A DNA stretch of 64,000 nucleotides from an uncultured Amphritea sp. (GTDB lineage: Bacteria; Pseudomonadota; Gammaproteobacteria; Pseudomonadales; Balneatricaceae), in the NCBI GenBank assembly GCA_963669425.2, contig CAXXNC010000002.1, positions 2,074,618-2,138,617 on the forward strand, read 5' to 3'. Position numbers and translations under genes: made by a program. Each line of letters opens with the position of its first letter. Positions within the stretch are counted from its first letter, which is position 1. Below are positions 10,901 through 19,201 of this stretch, in pieces. The notes under the pieces were generated by a model. The model did not search any database and was not told the DNA's origin. It worked only from the letters and a program-made list of their open reading frames with translations.

Positions 10901-10928
10901 GGGTGAAACAGCCAGCTCGGGGAACCAT
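7923..10928 (-). CDS. Membrane-anchored multi-PAS GGDEF-EAL protein with C-terminal CZB domain
   Basis: Signal/TM region, three PAS/PAC blocks, RLGGDEF, EALIRW, DDFGTG, EGVE; C-terminal EHRAW...CRFGFW...LHQQIH. Confidence 0.9.
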   Translation of the reverse strand: MVPRAGCFTLIVFLSSFSLPSAADSQSVLSGPTGYLTALLTMLVVALCGVTLKLLQSKKQLQKQFGQQQELMQSLINNLPDVMVLKDERGKFLLCNETVARLYDTTPEQMVGKDDADFGVPAELADAMRNNVLDIMARGETEVVFEDSTDGNTGEIRHFKSTKTPYKDLQGRSRILVIAHDITDIVRAQELLAENETKLQTILDNVDAYIFLKDMDGRYLFANQPVCDLWQVGQDKIIGHTDYDFFDAETSAEIQANDRRVLDQGEVLREEERGTVRQTGKSAIYKATKLPLRREDGSIYALCGISVDITAHKETEQALRESEQRFKLAGKVAYDLIYEWDVATNGLSWFGDIDGILGFEKGEISSNIEAWLDLIHPEDVDQLSDAVELHRSSTSPISYQYRMRHKDGHYRYWSDQALPLLDETGKPYKWIGVCADVTVLKEQQNQLEHAAYHDRLTGLPNRGLLADRLHQAISQQQRREQMLAVVYIDLDGFKEINDQFGHDVGDQLLVTIAHRFREVLREGDTIARLGGDEFVAVLIDLKDKTAALPMLNRIQREITQPISVDDKVLTVSASMGVTFCPQEDKVEADQLIRQADQAMYQAKMAGKNGYHLFDTEHENSLIGQRDIIQSVQKALQGEEFELYYQPKVDMHSGEILGAEALIRWNHPQRGLLSPAEFLPVVEDHPLAVELGNWVISDALAQVNQWLQDGCCIPVSINISAQQMLTPDFVASLKAMLDVYPDLDHSLIELEILETSALQDITRVSQVMRQCEDMGISFALDDFGTGYSSLNYLKHLPAKTMKIDRSFVRDMLEDADDLAILDGVIGMSSAFRRHIIAEGVEDEKQGQILLQLGCTRAQGYAIARPMPAKELPGWIQDWTPPASWSQQTRINRDDLSFLFAAVEHRAWVQAMRDYMRGNRPTPPELEHTDCRFGFWLQNSTVKNRLANDAMVQILNLHQQIHQLGKKLVELRPSGTRSEIEKELTHLQAVSTELQHCIHSSMV

Positions 10929-11029
10929 AGACCTTCCTGAAAATGACTACTATAAGCGACACTTTACTCCAGTATTGGACCGAGAGCTAAGACTTCGGTC
11001 AATCAATCCCCCACTTCGGGGAGTGAAAT

Positions 11030-11064
11030 AAAAAAGGCGTGATACCCGCAGATATCACGCCTTT
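11030..11064 (-). terminator. Intrinsic terminator
   Basis: AAAAAAGGCGTGATA...TATCACGCCTTT downstream of the DsrE-like gene. Confidence 0.7.
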
Positions 11065-11085
11065 CAGCATTCAGAAATACGTTCC

Positions 11086-11514
11086 TCAGAAACTGAATAC
11101 GCGGGTACCGGTATCAGTCAGTGCTTTTGCCATAACCGGCGGTTTTGCCGCAGTTACACCGTCCAGTAACGCATCAGTCTGCACGCCTTTATTGGGCAGA
11201 TAAAGAGCACAAACCTGTACATTTCCGCCGCCGGCCATCAACTTCTGCATCAACTGCTCGGGGGTCACATTTTTGGGCTTGAGTGGAGCTGACTGCTGCT
11301 CCTTCAGTGCCATATCACCAGCCGAATCACACAGCAGTACACTGACTTCAGCGCCCTGTGCCTGCATAGTATTCCCCAGCACCATTGCCATACCACGGGT
11401 CTGCTGCTCGGCACTGGTCAGGGTGATCAGTACCTTATCTACCGCTTCCGCCTGCGCCAGCGCAGGAACCGCCAGTGCCGCTGCCAACAATACCGCTTTA
11501 AGACTCTTTTGCAT
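11086..11514 (-). CDS. Exported DsrE/DsrF-like protein
   Basis: Signal peptide ending ALAQA; V.VLLC..AGD.AL and VQVCALY motifs. Confidence 0.75.
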   Translation of the reverse strand: MQKSLKAVLLAAALAVPALAQAEAVDKVLITLTSAEQQTRGMAMVLGNTMQAQGAEVSVLLCDSAGDMALKEQQSAPLKPKNVTPEQLMQKLMAGGGNVQVCALYLPNKGVQTDALLDGVTAAKPPVMAKALTDTGTRVFSF

Positions 11515-11525
11515 TATTCACTCCC

Positions 11526-12131
11526 TTATTCTGATGGCTGCCAGGCGACAGCCGGATCGACTTTATAACTCCACGGCAGGCCTGAATTACGCCAGCCATT
11601 CACCGCTCTCACCCCTTTAGAATCACCTTGTTTCAGGGTACTGCCCTCAAAACCATCCACCACGGTCCAGACATTGCTATATCCCTGAGCAGCCAGCATA
11701 TTCACGGCCGGTGCACTTCGGGTAGAGCCTGACCGGCACATGATGATTATCGGTGCATTCTTAGCGACGGCCAGTGCCGCCAGCTTGTCTGACAGTTGCT
11801 GCTCAAATACCGGGTTCTTAGCCATCGCCCAGCTGCTTTTCTTATCACTCCAGCCAGACAGATCTGCCAGCATCCACGGTACATGGATCCGGGTCGGGGT
11901 AGCGAAGCCTGTAAACTTAATTTCAACCGGGTCCCGGACATCGACCAGAACGGCATCACTGTTTTCCTGCAACATTTGCCAGGCTTCAGTAGCCGTCACA
12001 TACAGATCAAGTTCAGTCTGAGCGGATTTTTTTTCAGGCTTTTCAGCAGCGCCAGCGGACACTGTCAGAAGACAAGCCAGCATGACTGAAATAACAGAAC
12101 GGAATTCTGGGCGGGACATTATCAACTCCAT
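11526..12131 (-). CDS. Exported rhodanese-like sulfurtransferase
   Basis: Signal peptide; LVDVRDP.E, active-site loop CRSGSTRS, VVDGFEG and GW...GLPW. Confidence 0.88.
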   Translation of the reverse strand: MELIMSRPEFRSVISVMLACLLTVSAGAAEKPEKKSAQTELDLYVTATEAWQMLQENSDAVLVDVRDPVEIKFTGFATPTRIHVPWMLADLSGWSDKKSSWAMAKNPVFEQQLSDKLAALAVAKNAPIIIMCRSGSTRSAPAVNMLAAQGYSNVWTVVDGFEGSTLKQGDSKGVRAVNGWRNSGLPWSYKVDPAVAWQPSE

Positions 12132-12220
12132 TAGTAAATCCTAATGAAGCAATAATATTAGATTTTGCTAATAAAGTGAATATTAATTTATTTCTGGATG
12201 TGACTCCCTGATTCAGGCAC

Positions 12221-12246
12221 AAAAAAGCCCGCTATATGCGGGCTTC
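12221..12246 (-). terminator. Intrinsic terminator after slyB-like gene
   Basis: AAAAAAGCCCGC-TATAT-GCGGGCTT. Confidence 0.75.
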
Positions 12247-12260
12247 TGGTCCGGTTATCA

Positions 12261-12722
12261 TTAGCGGGTAATTCGTGCTGTTCCGCCCTGACGTAAAACT
12301 CTTACTCTTTCTCCTGGCTGGAAGAAGCCCTGAGAACCGACCTCCTGAACAACGGAGATCACCTGACCGTTTTCCAGTGAAACGGTCACCTCCTGTCCCT
12401 GCTTGCGAGTAGCACTTTCCTCGATCTTCTGACCGGCAATACCACCTGCCACTGCACCCAGTACTGCGGCAATCTGACTACCCTTACCACCGCCGATCTC
12501 ACTGCCTGCAATACCACCGACAATCGCACCGGCACCGGCTCCCAGAGGACTATCCGTACGCCCTTCTATCACAACCGGAGTAACAGTTTCGACCCAGCCA
12601 AACTCTACATTCTGGACCCGACGGGCCTCTGACTGGGAATAGGTTTCACCCGTCAGTGATGAAGCACATCCCTGAAGTAACAATACAACTGCAACAAACA
12701 ATGCCGAGGTAACTTTATACAT
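12261..12722 (-). CDS. slyB: Glycine-zipper 2TM outer-membrane lipoprotein (SlyB/Pcp-like)
   Basis: Lipobox LQGC and GAGAGAIVGGIAG/GAVAGGIAG glycine zipper. Confidence 0.85.
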   Translation of the reverse strand: MYKVTSALFVAVVLLLQGCASSLTGETYSQSEARRVQNVEFGWVETVTPVVIEGRTDSPLGAGAGAIVGGIAGSEIGGGKGSQIAAVLGAVAGGIAGQKIEESATRKQGQEVTVSLENGQVISVVQEVGSQGFFQPGERVRVLRQGGTARITR

Positions 12723-12831
12723 AATCTTTTCCTATTGGCGGCCTGCCTGGCCTTTTTTCAAACTATCGGGTCCGCAATTATCAGAGAATACAATCTCACT
12801 GGCAATCGCAAACAGTATAACCCAACCAAGC

Positions 12832-13956
12832 TTAACGGATTTTTAACAACAGCTGACAAATCAGTGACCAGAGCACTTCCCGGGCCTTTTGCTTCAGAGG
12901 CCTTTTCTGCCATTGCTCGTAGGTCACCTCCTGACAGCGCTCCATATCACTCAGTAACAATGCTTCGACATCACTGCATAGTCCAGGTTCCACCACTTCC
13001 AGATTCGCTTCCAGATTCCAGCGTAAATTCCAGTGATCCAGATTACAGGAACCTACCGAAACCCAGTTATCACAAATACCGATTTTGGTGTGAAGAAAAG
13101 ACGGCTGATATTCGTAGATCCTGACACCGGCTCTCAATAAGCGCCGGTAGTAACGCTTAGAGGCATAATAGATCCAACGATGGTCGGTGCAGGGTCCGGC
13201 AACAATAATCCGAACATCCACACCGCGTTGAGCGGCCTGGCGCAGACTTCGCCTGACCGAAAAAGATGGCAGAAAATAAGCAGTCGCCAGCCACACCCGT
13301 TGCTGAACCTCCCGGACATGACGGACGAAACTGAGTTTAATATCCTGCTGCTGTAACCCTTTTACCACTGAAACCTTCGCTAACCCGGTTCCGGGATAAC
13401 CGCAGGCAACCGCATCGGGAAGAGAAAAGCCGGGCTCATAGCGACACCACTGCCGGGTAAACATAACCAGCAGATCATTCACCACTGGACCGGTTACCCG
13501 AACCATCACCTCATGCCAGGCAGCCTGCTCGGCGTCATTTCGATCAGCACCATACTCATCACTGATACCGGTACCACCGATAAAACCCTGCTGCTGATCC
13601 ACCAGCAAAAGCTTGCGATGATCCCGGGCGAAGTTTTTCTGTAATTTCAGAATCCGCAGGCGATTGTAGCGGTGTAACTTTACCCCCGCAGTGCGCAAGG
13701 CAGAGATATCACTGTCACGCAGCCTCCTGGCACCGAAGTCATCCACCAGCCAGCACACCTGAACACCTCGCATCGCAGCGTCTGTCAGTGCGGAAATAAA
13801 CTGATCAGCGATAATGCCAGAACTGACCATATAGAATTCCAGCAACACGGATGAACGGGCGCTCTCAATGGCCTGCAGCATGGCAGGAAAGAACTGCTCA
13901 CCATCGATCAGCAGTTCAACCTGATTATCACTTCGCCAGTGATAGCGCTCCTGCAT
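12832..13956 (-). CDS. Phospholipase D family cardiolipin synthase (ClsB-like)
   Basis: Two HKD motifs (HRKLLLVD, HTKIGICD); no N-terminal TM. Confidence 0.88.
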   Translation of the reverse strand: MQERYHWRSDNQVELLIDGEQFFPAMLQAIESARSSVLLEFYMVSSGIIADQFISALTDAAMRGVQVCWLVDDFGARRLRDSDISALRTAGVKLHRYNRLRILKLQKNFARDHRKLLLVDQQQGFIGGTGISDEYGADRNDAEQAAWHEVMVRVTGPVVNDLLVMFTRQWCRYEPGFSLPDAVACGYPGTGLAKVSVVKGLQQQDIKLSFVRHVREVQQRVWLATAYFLPSFSVRRSLRQAAQRGVDVRIIVAGPCTDHRWIYYASKRYYRRLLRAGVRIYEYQPSFLHTKIGICDNWVSVGSCNLDHWNLRWNLEANLEVVEPGLCSDVEALLLSDMERCQEVTYEQWQKRPLKQKAREVLWSLICQLLLKIR

Positions 13957-13981
13957 TCAGTCCTCCCGAACTACTCCCCGG

Positions 13982-15772
13982 TCAGTGCTGCCGGGCACCG
14001 TATAATCGTGCATAGAGACCATCCTGCTGTAACAGCTGTTCATGACCGCCCTCTTCTGCAACCTGGCCGTCTTCAAACACGTAAACATGATCCGCCTGTT
14101 TAACCGCACTCAGACGATGCGCCACGATAATGGTCGTCCGTCCTTCAAGAAACTCTCCCAGGTCATGCAACAGATGAAACTCGGTTTCGGCATCCAGCGC
14201 CGAAGTAGCCTCATCCAGAATCACTACCTTCGGATCTGACAATACCATTCTGGCAATCGCCAGACGCTGTCGCTGGCCACCGGATAACCTTACCCCCTGA
14301 CGACCAACAACGGTCTCCAGCCCGTCGTCGAGCTGTTCAACAAAGTCCTTCAGCTGCGCGACCTGCAGCGCGTGCCAGAGCTGCTGGTCTGAATATTCCC
14401 GGCCCAGTGTCATATTGCCCCGGACCGAATCATTGAACAGCGCCGGATGCTGCAGTACCGTGGCAACGTTTTCCCTGACCAGGTCGAGCCCGATGCGCTC
14501 GACCGGCACCCCATCAAACAACACCTTACCCTCGCTGGCCTGATAGAGTCCCAGCAGTACCTGCACCAGGGTCGACTTGCCACCACCACTGGCTCCCACC
14601 AGCGCAATTTTCTGCCCGCCTTCAATTTTCAAACTCAGTCCTTTCAGCACTTCCTGCCCGGGCACATAGCTGAAATGGATATTACGCAGTTCAATCTCAA
14701 TACTGTTGTGTTGTTTAAACGGATTTTCCAGATGCGGATAGTCCGGCTCCTCTTCCAGATCAGCCAGACGATTGATTCTCTGCAGCGCCGCTTTCGCGCC
14801 ATAGTAGGCGTACTGAATACCCAGCACCTCCTGCACCGGCCCCATCATGAACCATAGATAACCGAATACCGCCATCATCTGCCCCAGTGACAGATCAGAG
14901 AACACCACCATCAGCATCGACAACGCCCGGAACAGGTCAAACCCCACCAGAAACACCATAAAACTGAACCGGTTAGCGGCTTCGCTACGCCACTCAAACG
15001 CGGTCGCATGATCCCGCACCTCCCGTGCTGAACCAATCAGACCTTTCAGATAGTGCTTCTCGCGGCTGGCCGCCCGGATCTGATAGATCGCTTCCAGCAC
15101 CTCAGTCAATGAGCCCTGAAACACCTCATAGGCACGGTTTTCCCGTTTTTTCAATTCCTTGACGTGTTTACCGATCACCATGGTCAGGTACACCACCAGC
15201 GGATTCAGAAGCAGGATGAACAGCGCCAGTTGCCAGTGCATCCAGATCAGTACAACCGCGGTGCCACAGATGGTCAGTATGGCGATCAGGGCCTTACTGA
15301 CCGAAGCCCCGACGAAGCGATCAACGGTATCGAGGTCGGTAATAAAATGAGAACCTACCGCACCGCTGCCCAGGGTTTCGTATTCAGCCATTGAGATACG
15401 TTTCAGGCGCTGCAATAAGCCTTCCCGGATACGGAAAATCACCTCTTTTGAAATAATTGAAAACTGCCGCCCCTGCCAGACGTTCAGACACAACGCGATG
15501 CTTCGCAGTACCACCGTGACAAACAGTACCGCCATGATATAGAGCACCGGCCCGTGCCAGTGGTCTGGAAACAGTTGATTACACCAGGCAACCAGTTGTG
15601 CCGGCTGATCCAGCAGCACCTCATCCACCAGCAGAGGCATCAGCAACGGCAGAGGCACACTGGCAACCGTCGCCAACAGCGCGATAACATTTGCCTTGAT
15701 CAGCCGGGGTTTGTACTCCCAGGCCACTCTGAGAATATAGCGCCAGTTGTAGTGTATTCTTTCCATAACCAC
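13982..15772 (-). CDS. ABC transporter permease/ATP-binding fusion (exporter type)
   Basis: N-terminal TMD, Walker A GASGGGKS, LSGGQ signature, ILDEATSALD. Confidence 0.93.
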   Translation of the reverse strand: MVMERIHYNWRYILRVAWEYKPRLIKANVIALLATVASVPLPLLMPLLVDEVLLDQPAQLVAWCNQLFPDHWHGPVLYIMAVLFVTVVLRSIALCLNVWQGRQFSIISKEVIFRIREGLLQRLKRISMAEYETLGSGAVGSHFITDLDTVDRFVGASVSKALIAILTICGTAVVLIWMHWQLALFILLLNPLVVYLTMVIGKHVKELKKRENRAYEVFQGSLTEVLEAIYQIRAASREKHYLKGLIGSAREVRDHATAFEWRSEAANRFSFMVFLVGFDLFRALSMLMVVFSDLSLGQMMAVFGYLWFMMGPVQEVLGIQYAYYGAKAALQRINRLADLEEEPDYPHLENPFKQHNSIEIELRNIHFSYVPGQEVLKGLSLKIEGGQKIALVGASGGGKSTLVQVLLGLYQASEGKVLFDGVPVERIGLDLVRENVATVLQHPALFNDSVRGNMTLGREYSDQQLWHALQVAQLKDFVEQLDDGLETVVGRQGVRLSGGQRQRLAIARMVLSDPKVVILDEATSALDAETEFHLLHDLGEFLEGRTTIIVAHRLSAVKQADHVYVFEDGQVAEEGGHEQLLQQDGLYARLYGARQH

Positions 15773-15875
15773 TTAATGTCCAGACTAAAAACCAAGCTAT
15801 CTTAATAACTTACATTTACGCTAGTAAGTCTCGTTTAGACCGCAGGGTTTAGCAATAACTCTGTCCGACAGGTAT

Positions 15876-15902
15876 AAAAAAACCCGCACTCGGCGGGTTT
15901 TA
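15876..15902 (-). terminator. Intrinsic terminator
   Basis: AAAAAAACCCGC-ACTCG-GCGGGTTTT. Confidence 0.7.
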
Positions 15903-15917
15903 GAAATTTCTGGGCTA

Positions 15918-16157
15918 TCAGGCTTGCTGAAGCATTGAGAACAGCTGATCTTTCAACTGCAGACGCTTCAGCTTAAGCGTCTCTTCCGTTTGCGTGCATA
16001 CAGGCTCTGTCAGAGTTTCCATCCGTTCAACCTGTTTGGTGACATCGTGATACTCATCAAACAGTTTGGCAAAACGGTTATTACTGATTTTCAGATCGTG
16101 AATGCGTTCACGGTGTTCAGGTAACTCATGGATCAGATCGTGATGCTCAATAGACAT
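15918..16157 (-). CDS. YdcH/DUF465 family small protein
   Basis: MSIEHHDL.HE.PE..E.IH.LK....F..LFDEY...LK.KRL.LKD pattern; an alternative TTG start is at 16166. Confidence 0.85.
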   Translation of the reverse strand: MSIEHHDLIHELPEHRERIHDLKISNNRFAKLFDEYHDVTKQVERMETLTEPVCTQTEETLKLKRLQLKDQLFSMLQQA

Positions 16158-16270
16158 AGAGTGCAATCGCTCCTTTCAGCAGATTCCGTTAGATAAAAAA
16201 CCTTTCAAAACCTTGTGGTTACTGGCTTTTCTGGTTAACTACAGTCTCTGCCTGTTTGCCTTACCGAACA

Positions 16271-16284
16271 TTGATCCGCATCAG
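16271..16284. promoter_or_regulatory. Candidate FNR/DNR box
   Basis: TTGAT-CCGC-ATCAG, one mismatch from TTGAT-N4-ATCAA, upstream of the YdcH-like gene. Confidence 0.5.
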
Positions 16285-16351
16285 TTTTTTAACTGCTTTT
16301 TGAACCGCCCATGCGCATCAGTTTTTTAACCGCTTTTTGAACCGCCCATGC
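16278..16351. repeat. Tandem 37-bp duplication covering the bolA 3' end
   Basis: GCATCAGTTTTTTAAC(T/C)GCTTTTTGAACCGCCCATGC occurs twice, at 16278-16314 and 16315-16351. Confidence 0.9.
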
Positions 16352-16640
16352 AATTGGGTGATTGAGGAATTGCGCCGTTCTGTTGCTGCCACTCTTCCGG
16401 TGTATACAGATGCAGCGCCAGCGCGTGAATCGGGTTATTCATCAGTTCAGAAACGGCGGCGTATACCATCTGATGCCGTGCGACCGGACGCTTACCAGCA
16501 AAGTCATCAGCCACAACTGCCAGCTTGAAATGACTGTCAGTCGCCGGGCCACTGTGCATGTGGCTCTCATTTTCACACACGTAGTGATGTACAGTCAGCG
16601 CTGCCCGCACCCGGTTTTCAATCTCTACCGCTATTGTCAT
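16326..16640 (-). CDS. bolA: BolA family protein
   Basis: ENESHMHS, SHFKL.VV...F.GK..VARHQMVY and IHALALH motifs. Confidence 0.92.
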   Translation of the reverse strand: MTIAVEIENRVRAALTVHHYVCENESHMHSGPATDSHFKLAVVADDFAGKRPVARHQMVYAAVSELMNNPIHALALHLYTPEEWQQQNGAIPQSPNCMGGSKSG

Positions 16641-16647
16641 GTTCTAC

Positions 16648-17994
16648 CTACTTCTTATCCGCCTCTTCGGCGGCCAGCTTATTAAATTTTGAATGGATGC
16701 GGCGGGTAATCAGTGCCACCGCCACAATGACCAACGGCATAGAGATACCCAGCGCCAGACTCTTATCAATTTCGAGCCCCTGATCATACAGAACGCCGAT
16801 AAAGATCTTCACCAGACCGATGGTGTAATAACTGATGGCCGCCACCGAAAGACCTTCCACGGTATGCTGCATCATCAGCTGAATTTTAGACCGACGATCC
16901 ATGGAGCTGAGCAGCTCCTGATTCTGTTCCTGAATCGACAGCTCAACCTGTGTACGCAGCATATCGCTGACCCGGTCAATTCGTCGTGACAGATCTTCCA
17001 GCCGATCGGCCACTGCACGACAGGTTTTAACCGCAGGGATCATCCGCCGGGTGATAAATTCATTCAGCGTCAGGTGTCCGGAAACCTCATCTTCCCGTAG
17101 CTCACTGAGCCGGGCCAGCACCAGATCCTGATAGGCATTGGTAGCATTAAAACGGAATGTCGAACGGGCCCGGTATGCCTCCACCTGTGCTGCCAACTCT
17201 GTCAGTCGGCCCAGCAGCTCCTGCTCATCTTTACAGCCTTCACCATCAGCAGACAGGATTTGTGTCAGTTCAGCCAGTTGTTGATCCATACTCTGTAACT
17301 GCGGCGAGATCGAGCGGGCCAGTGGCAGACCCAGCAACGTCATCAGACGGTAGGATTCAATCTCAAGCAGTCGCTGTACCAGTCGACCCTGCTGACTGTC
17401 GCTGAGATCGCGGTTATAGATCAGAAACCGACCATAGCCGTCATCATGAATCCTGAACGAGGTCCAGACCTGGGCACAGCCCTGATTCGGCTGGCTGCCC
17501 ACCAAACGCATATCATCGAAGTACTGTTTCACCTCAGGGATACTTGGCTCAGGATTTTCCCGGGCATCTTCGATAGACAGATGGAAGCCGGCTACCACCT
17601 GACCCGCAATCCCTTCCAGCCAACCCGCAGGCAGATGGCTGATACCAGTTTCAGCAAAAGGGTCAGTATGCTCGCCGCCCAGCCAGATAAAGGTGTAGGA
17701 GACAAACTCCATATGCTTTTCACGCCGCACCTGTAACTGGCCGAACTGCTGCTGAAAGCAGGGCTGGTCATATTCCGGAACATCGCCACCGAGCAGTTCG
17801 CAGAGCTGCTGCAGATGTCCAAACTGGCTGCGCTTATCGGCTTCGTCGCACTGAACAGAAAGATGTGAAATTCGCGCCGGACTTGGAATGACCTGGAAAG
17901 GTCTGGAGTGCATCTCTTCATAGAGCGACTCACGCAGCGGATGCATATCGAGCGACGGTGATACAACAGAATCCATTATCTGATCCTTATTCAT
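16648..17994 (-). CDS. DUF3422-like membrane-anchored protein
   Basis: HPLR..L..EMHSRP start, GRLVQRLLEIESYR, LQ..VEGLSVAAISYY and two C-terminal TMs. Confidence 0.85.
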   Translation of the reverse strand: MNKDQIMDSVVSPSLDMHPLRESLYEEMHSRPFQVIPSPARISHLSVQCDEADKRSQFGHLQQLCELLGGDVPEYDQPCFQQQFGQLQVRREKHMEFVSYTFIWLGGEHTDPFAETGISHLPAGWLEGIAGQVVAGFHLSIEDARENPEPSIPEVKQYFDDMRLVGSQPNQGCAQVWTSFRIHDDGYGRFLIYNRDLSDSQQGRLVQRLLEIESYRLMTLLGLPLARSISPQLQSMDQQLAELTQILSADGEGCKDEQELLGRLTELAAQVEAYRARSTFRFNATNAYQDLVLARLSELREDEVSGHLTLNEFITRRMIPAVKTCRAVADRLEDLSRRIDRVSDMLRTQVELSIQEQNQELLSSMDRRSKIQLMMQHTVEGLSVAAISYYTIGLVKIFIGVLYDQGLEIDKSLALGISMPLVIVAVALITRRIHSKFNKLAAEEADKK

Positions 17995-18340
17995 CCAGCG
18001 CAGCCATTAACAAGGGCTGTGGCGACAGATCCACAGCCATCACCTGTGGTGTAACTTCGAACCATGCCAGAAACAGTTCCATGGTCCGAGGCTCTGGCCA
18101 GTGATCACCAAATTCATCCCAGGCCGCCAGCTCATTAGCAAAAATAGCCTCGAACTGCGTCGCCAGCTGTTGCTCAATATCCGCTTCGCTGGCGAACTCT
18201 TCGGTCAGATAGACACTGCCTTCCGCGCGATGCTCCTCAAGCGTCATTGGCTGATTCAGTTCATCCTGCTGTTGGTTAGCCCATTCAGCGAACGGCTCTT
18301 TTGGCAGTACAGCAAATGCGGAACGGTTAATCAGTTTCAT
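17987..18340 (-). CDS. Conserved acidic hypothetical protein
   Basis: MKLINRSAFAVLPKEPFAEWAN...WP.PRT..LF..WF; its stop overlaps the start of the next gene. Confidence 0.75.
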   Translation of the reverse strand: MKLINRSAFAVLPKEPFAEWANQQQDELNQPMTLEEHRAEGSVYLTEEFASEADIEQQLATQFEAIFANELAAWDEFGDHWPEPRTMELFLAWFEVTPQVMAVDLSPQPLLMAALDE

Positions 18341-18438
18341 AGAGGCAGATCCCAACTTCAGATACACTATTCACTTATGTTTAAGGCTTATATTAAGCAT
18401 TCTGGCTTTGCATTATAACGTCCGCTTAAGGGAAGTGA

Positions 18439-19164
18439 ATGAATATCCGCTGTCTGCCACACCTGAATACCCGGGAAGCCTGGCTGGCCTTCTGCCAGCG
18501 TGAGGTACCCTACTGCTTCATTGAGCAGCCGGAGTGTCTGGTAGATTTTCAGACCACCTATCTGATGATTACCCTGCTGGATGGCAATACCCGTGACGGT
18601 AAGCAGGCCACTAAATACAGTCTGGGATCACGCAGCTCGCTGGAACCGGCCTGGCACTTTATCAAAGCCTGTAGTTTCGATCTGGGGCTGATGATCGACG
18701 GCCTGAATCAGGTTAACTTCGACAGTAACGTACGGGATAACTCTTTCCTTAAAGCCCATACCGATCTGACAGTGCGAAAATTCTTTTCCAAAGAGCGTTC
18801 CATCATATCACCGTCACACCTTGGCCGACTGATGCCTCTGGGCCAGGCACCTTCACACTGGGATCTTTACAGCGCCTGCGCACTACTGGCGAATAACCAG
18901 TTTCGGGAGCTGCGTTCAGAGCAACTGGCTCTGCCGGGCAATGATGAGTTTATGGTGGAGTTTAAAGGTATTCCTGCGCCTGAAGTCCAGCCGATGCTGA
19001 ACAGTATGATCTCGTCACCTGAGCGCTGGCAGGCTCTGCCTCATCCCAACGACAGCAGCAGAGTGATCTTAAGACAGGATCAGGCACCTCTGTGCAGTTT
19101 CGAGCCGGTTTACCAGCCCCCTGAACCTAAAATGGCCCAACGGGTTCCCCGCTGGGCCATCTGA
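18439..19164 (+). CDS. Hypothetical protein, convergent with jetC
   Basis: 241-aa ORF after a GGGAAG RBS-like site; no recognised motif. Confidence 0.7.
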   Translation: MNIRCLPHLNTREAWLAFCQREVPYCFIEQPECLVDFQTTYLMITLLDGNTRDGKQATKYSLGSRSSLEPAWHFIKACSFDLGLMIDGLNQVNFDSNVRDNSFLKAHTDLTVRKFFSKERSIISPSHLGRLMPLGQAPSHWDLYSACALLANNQFRELRSEQLALPGNDEFMVEFKGIPAPEVQPMLNSMISSPERWQALPHPNDSSRVILRQDQAPLCSFEPVYQPPEPKMAQRVPRWAI

Positions 19165-19201
19165 GCAACAGTCTTAATGACTACCTGCTTAGAACATCAG
19201 A

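Noticed and set aside
12990-13045. Short TTCCAGATTC-like repeats
   Set aside because: They encode the NLDHWNLRWNLEANLE segment of the phospholipase D protein; they are not a separate element.
18439-19164. jetD assignment
   Set aside because: Opposite strand, short, and no Toprim E...DxD pattern that I can recognise.
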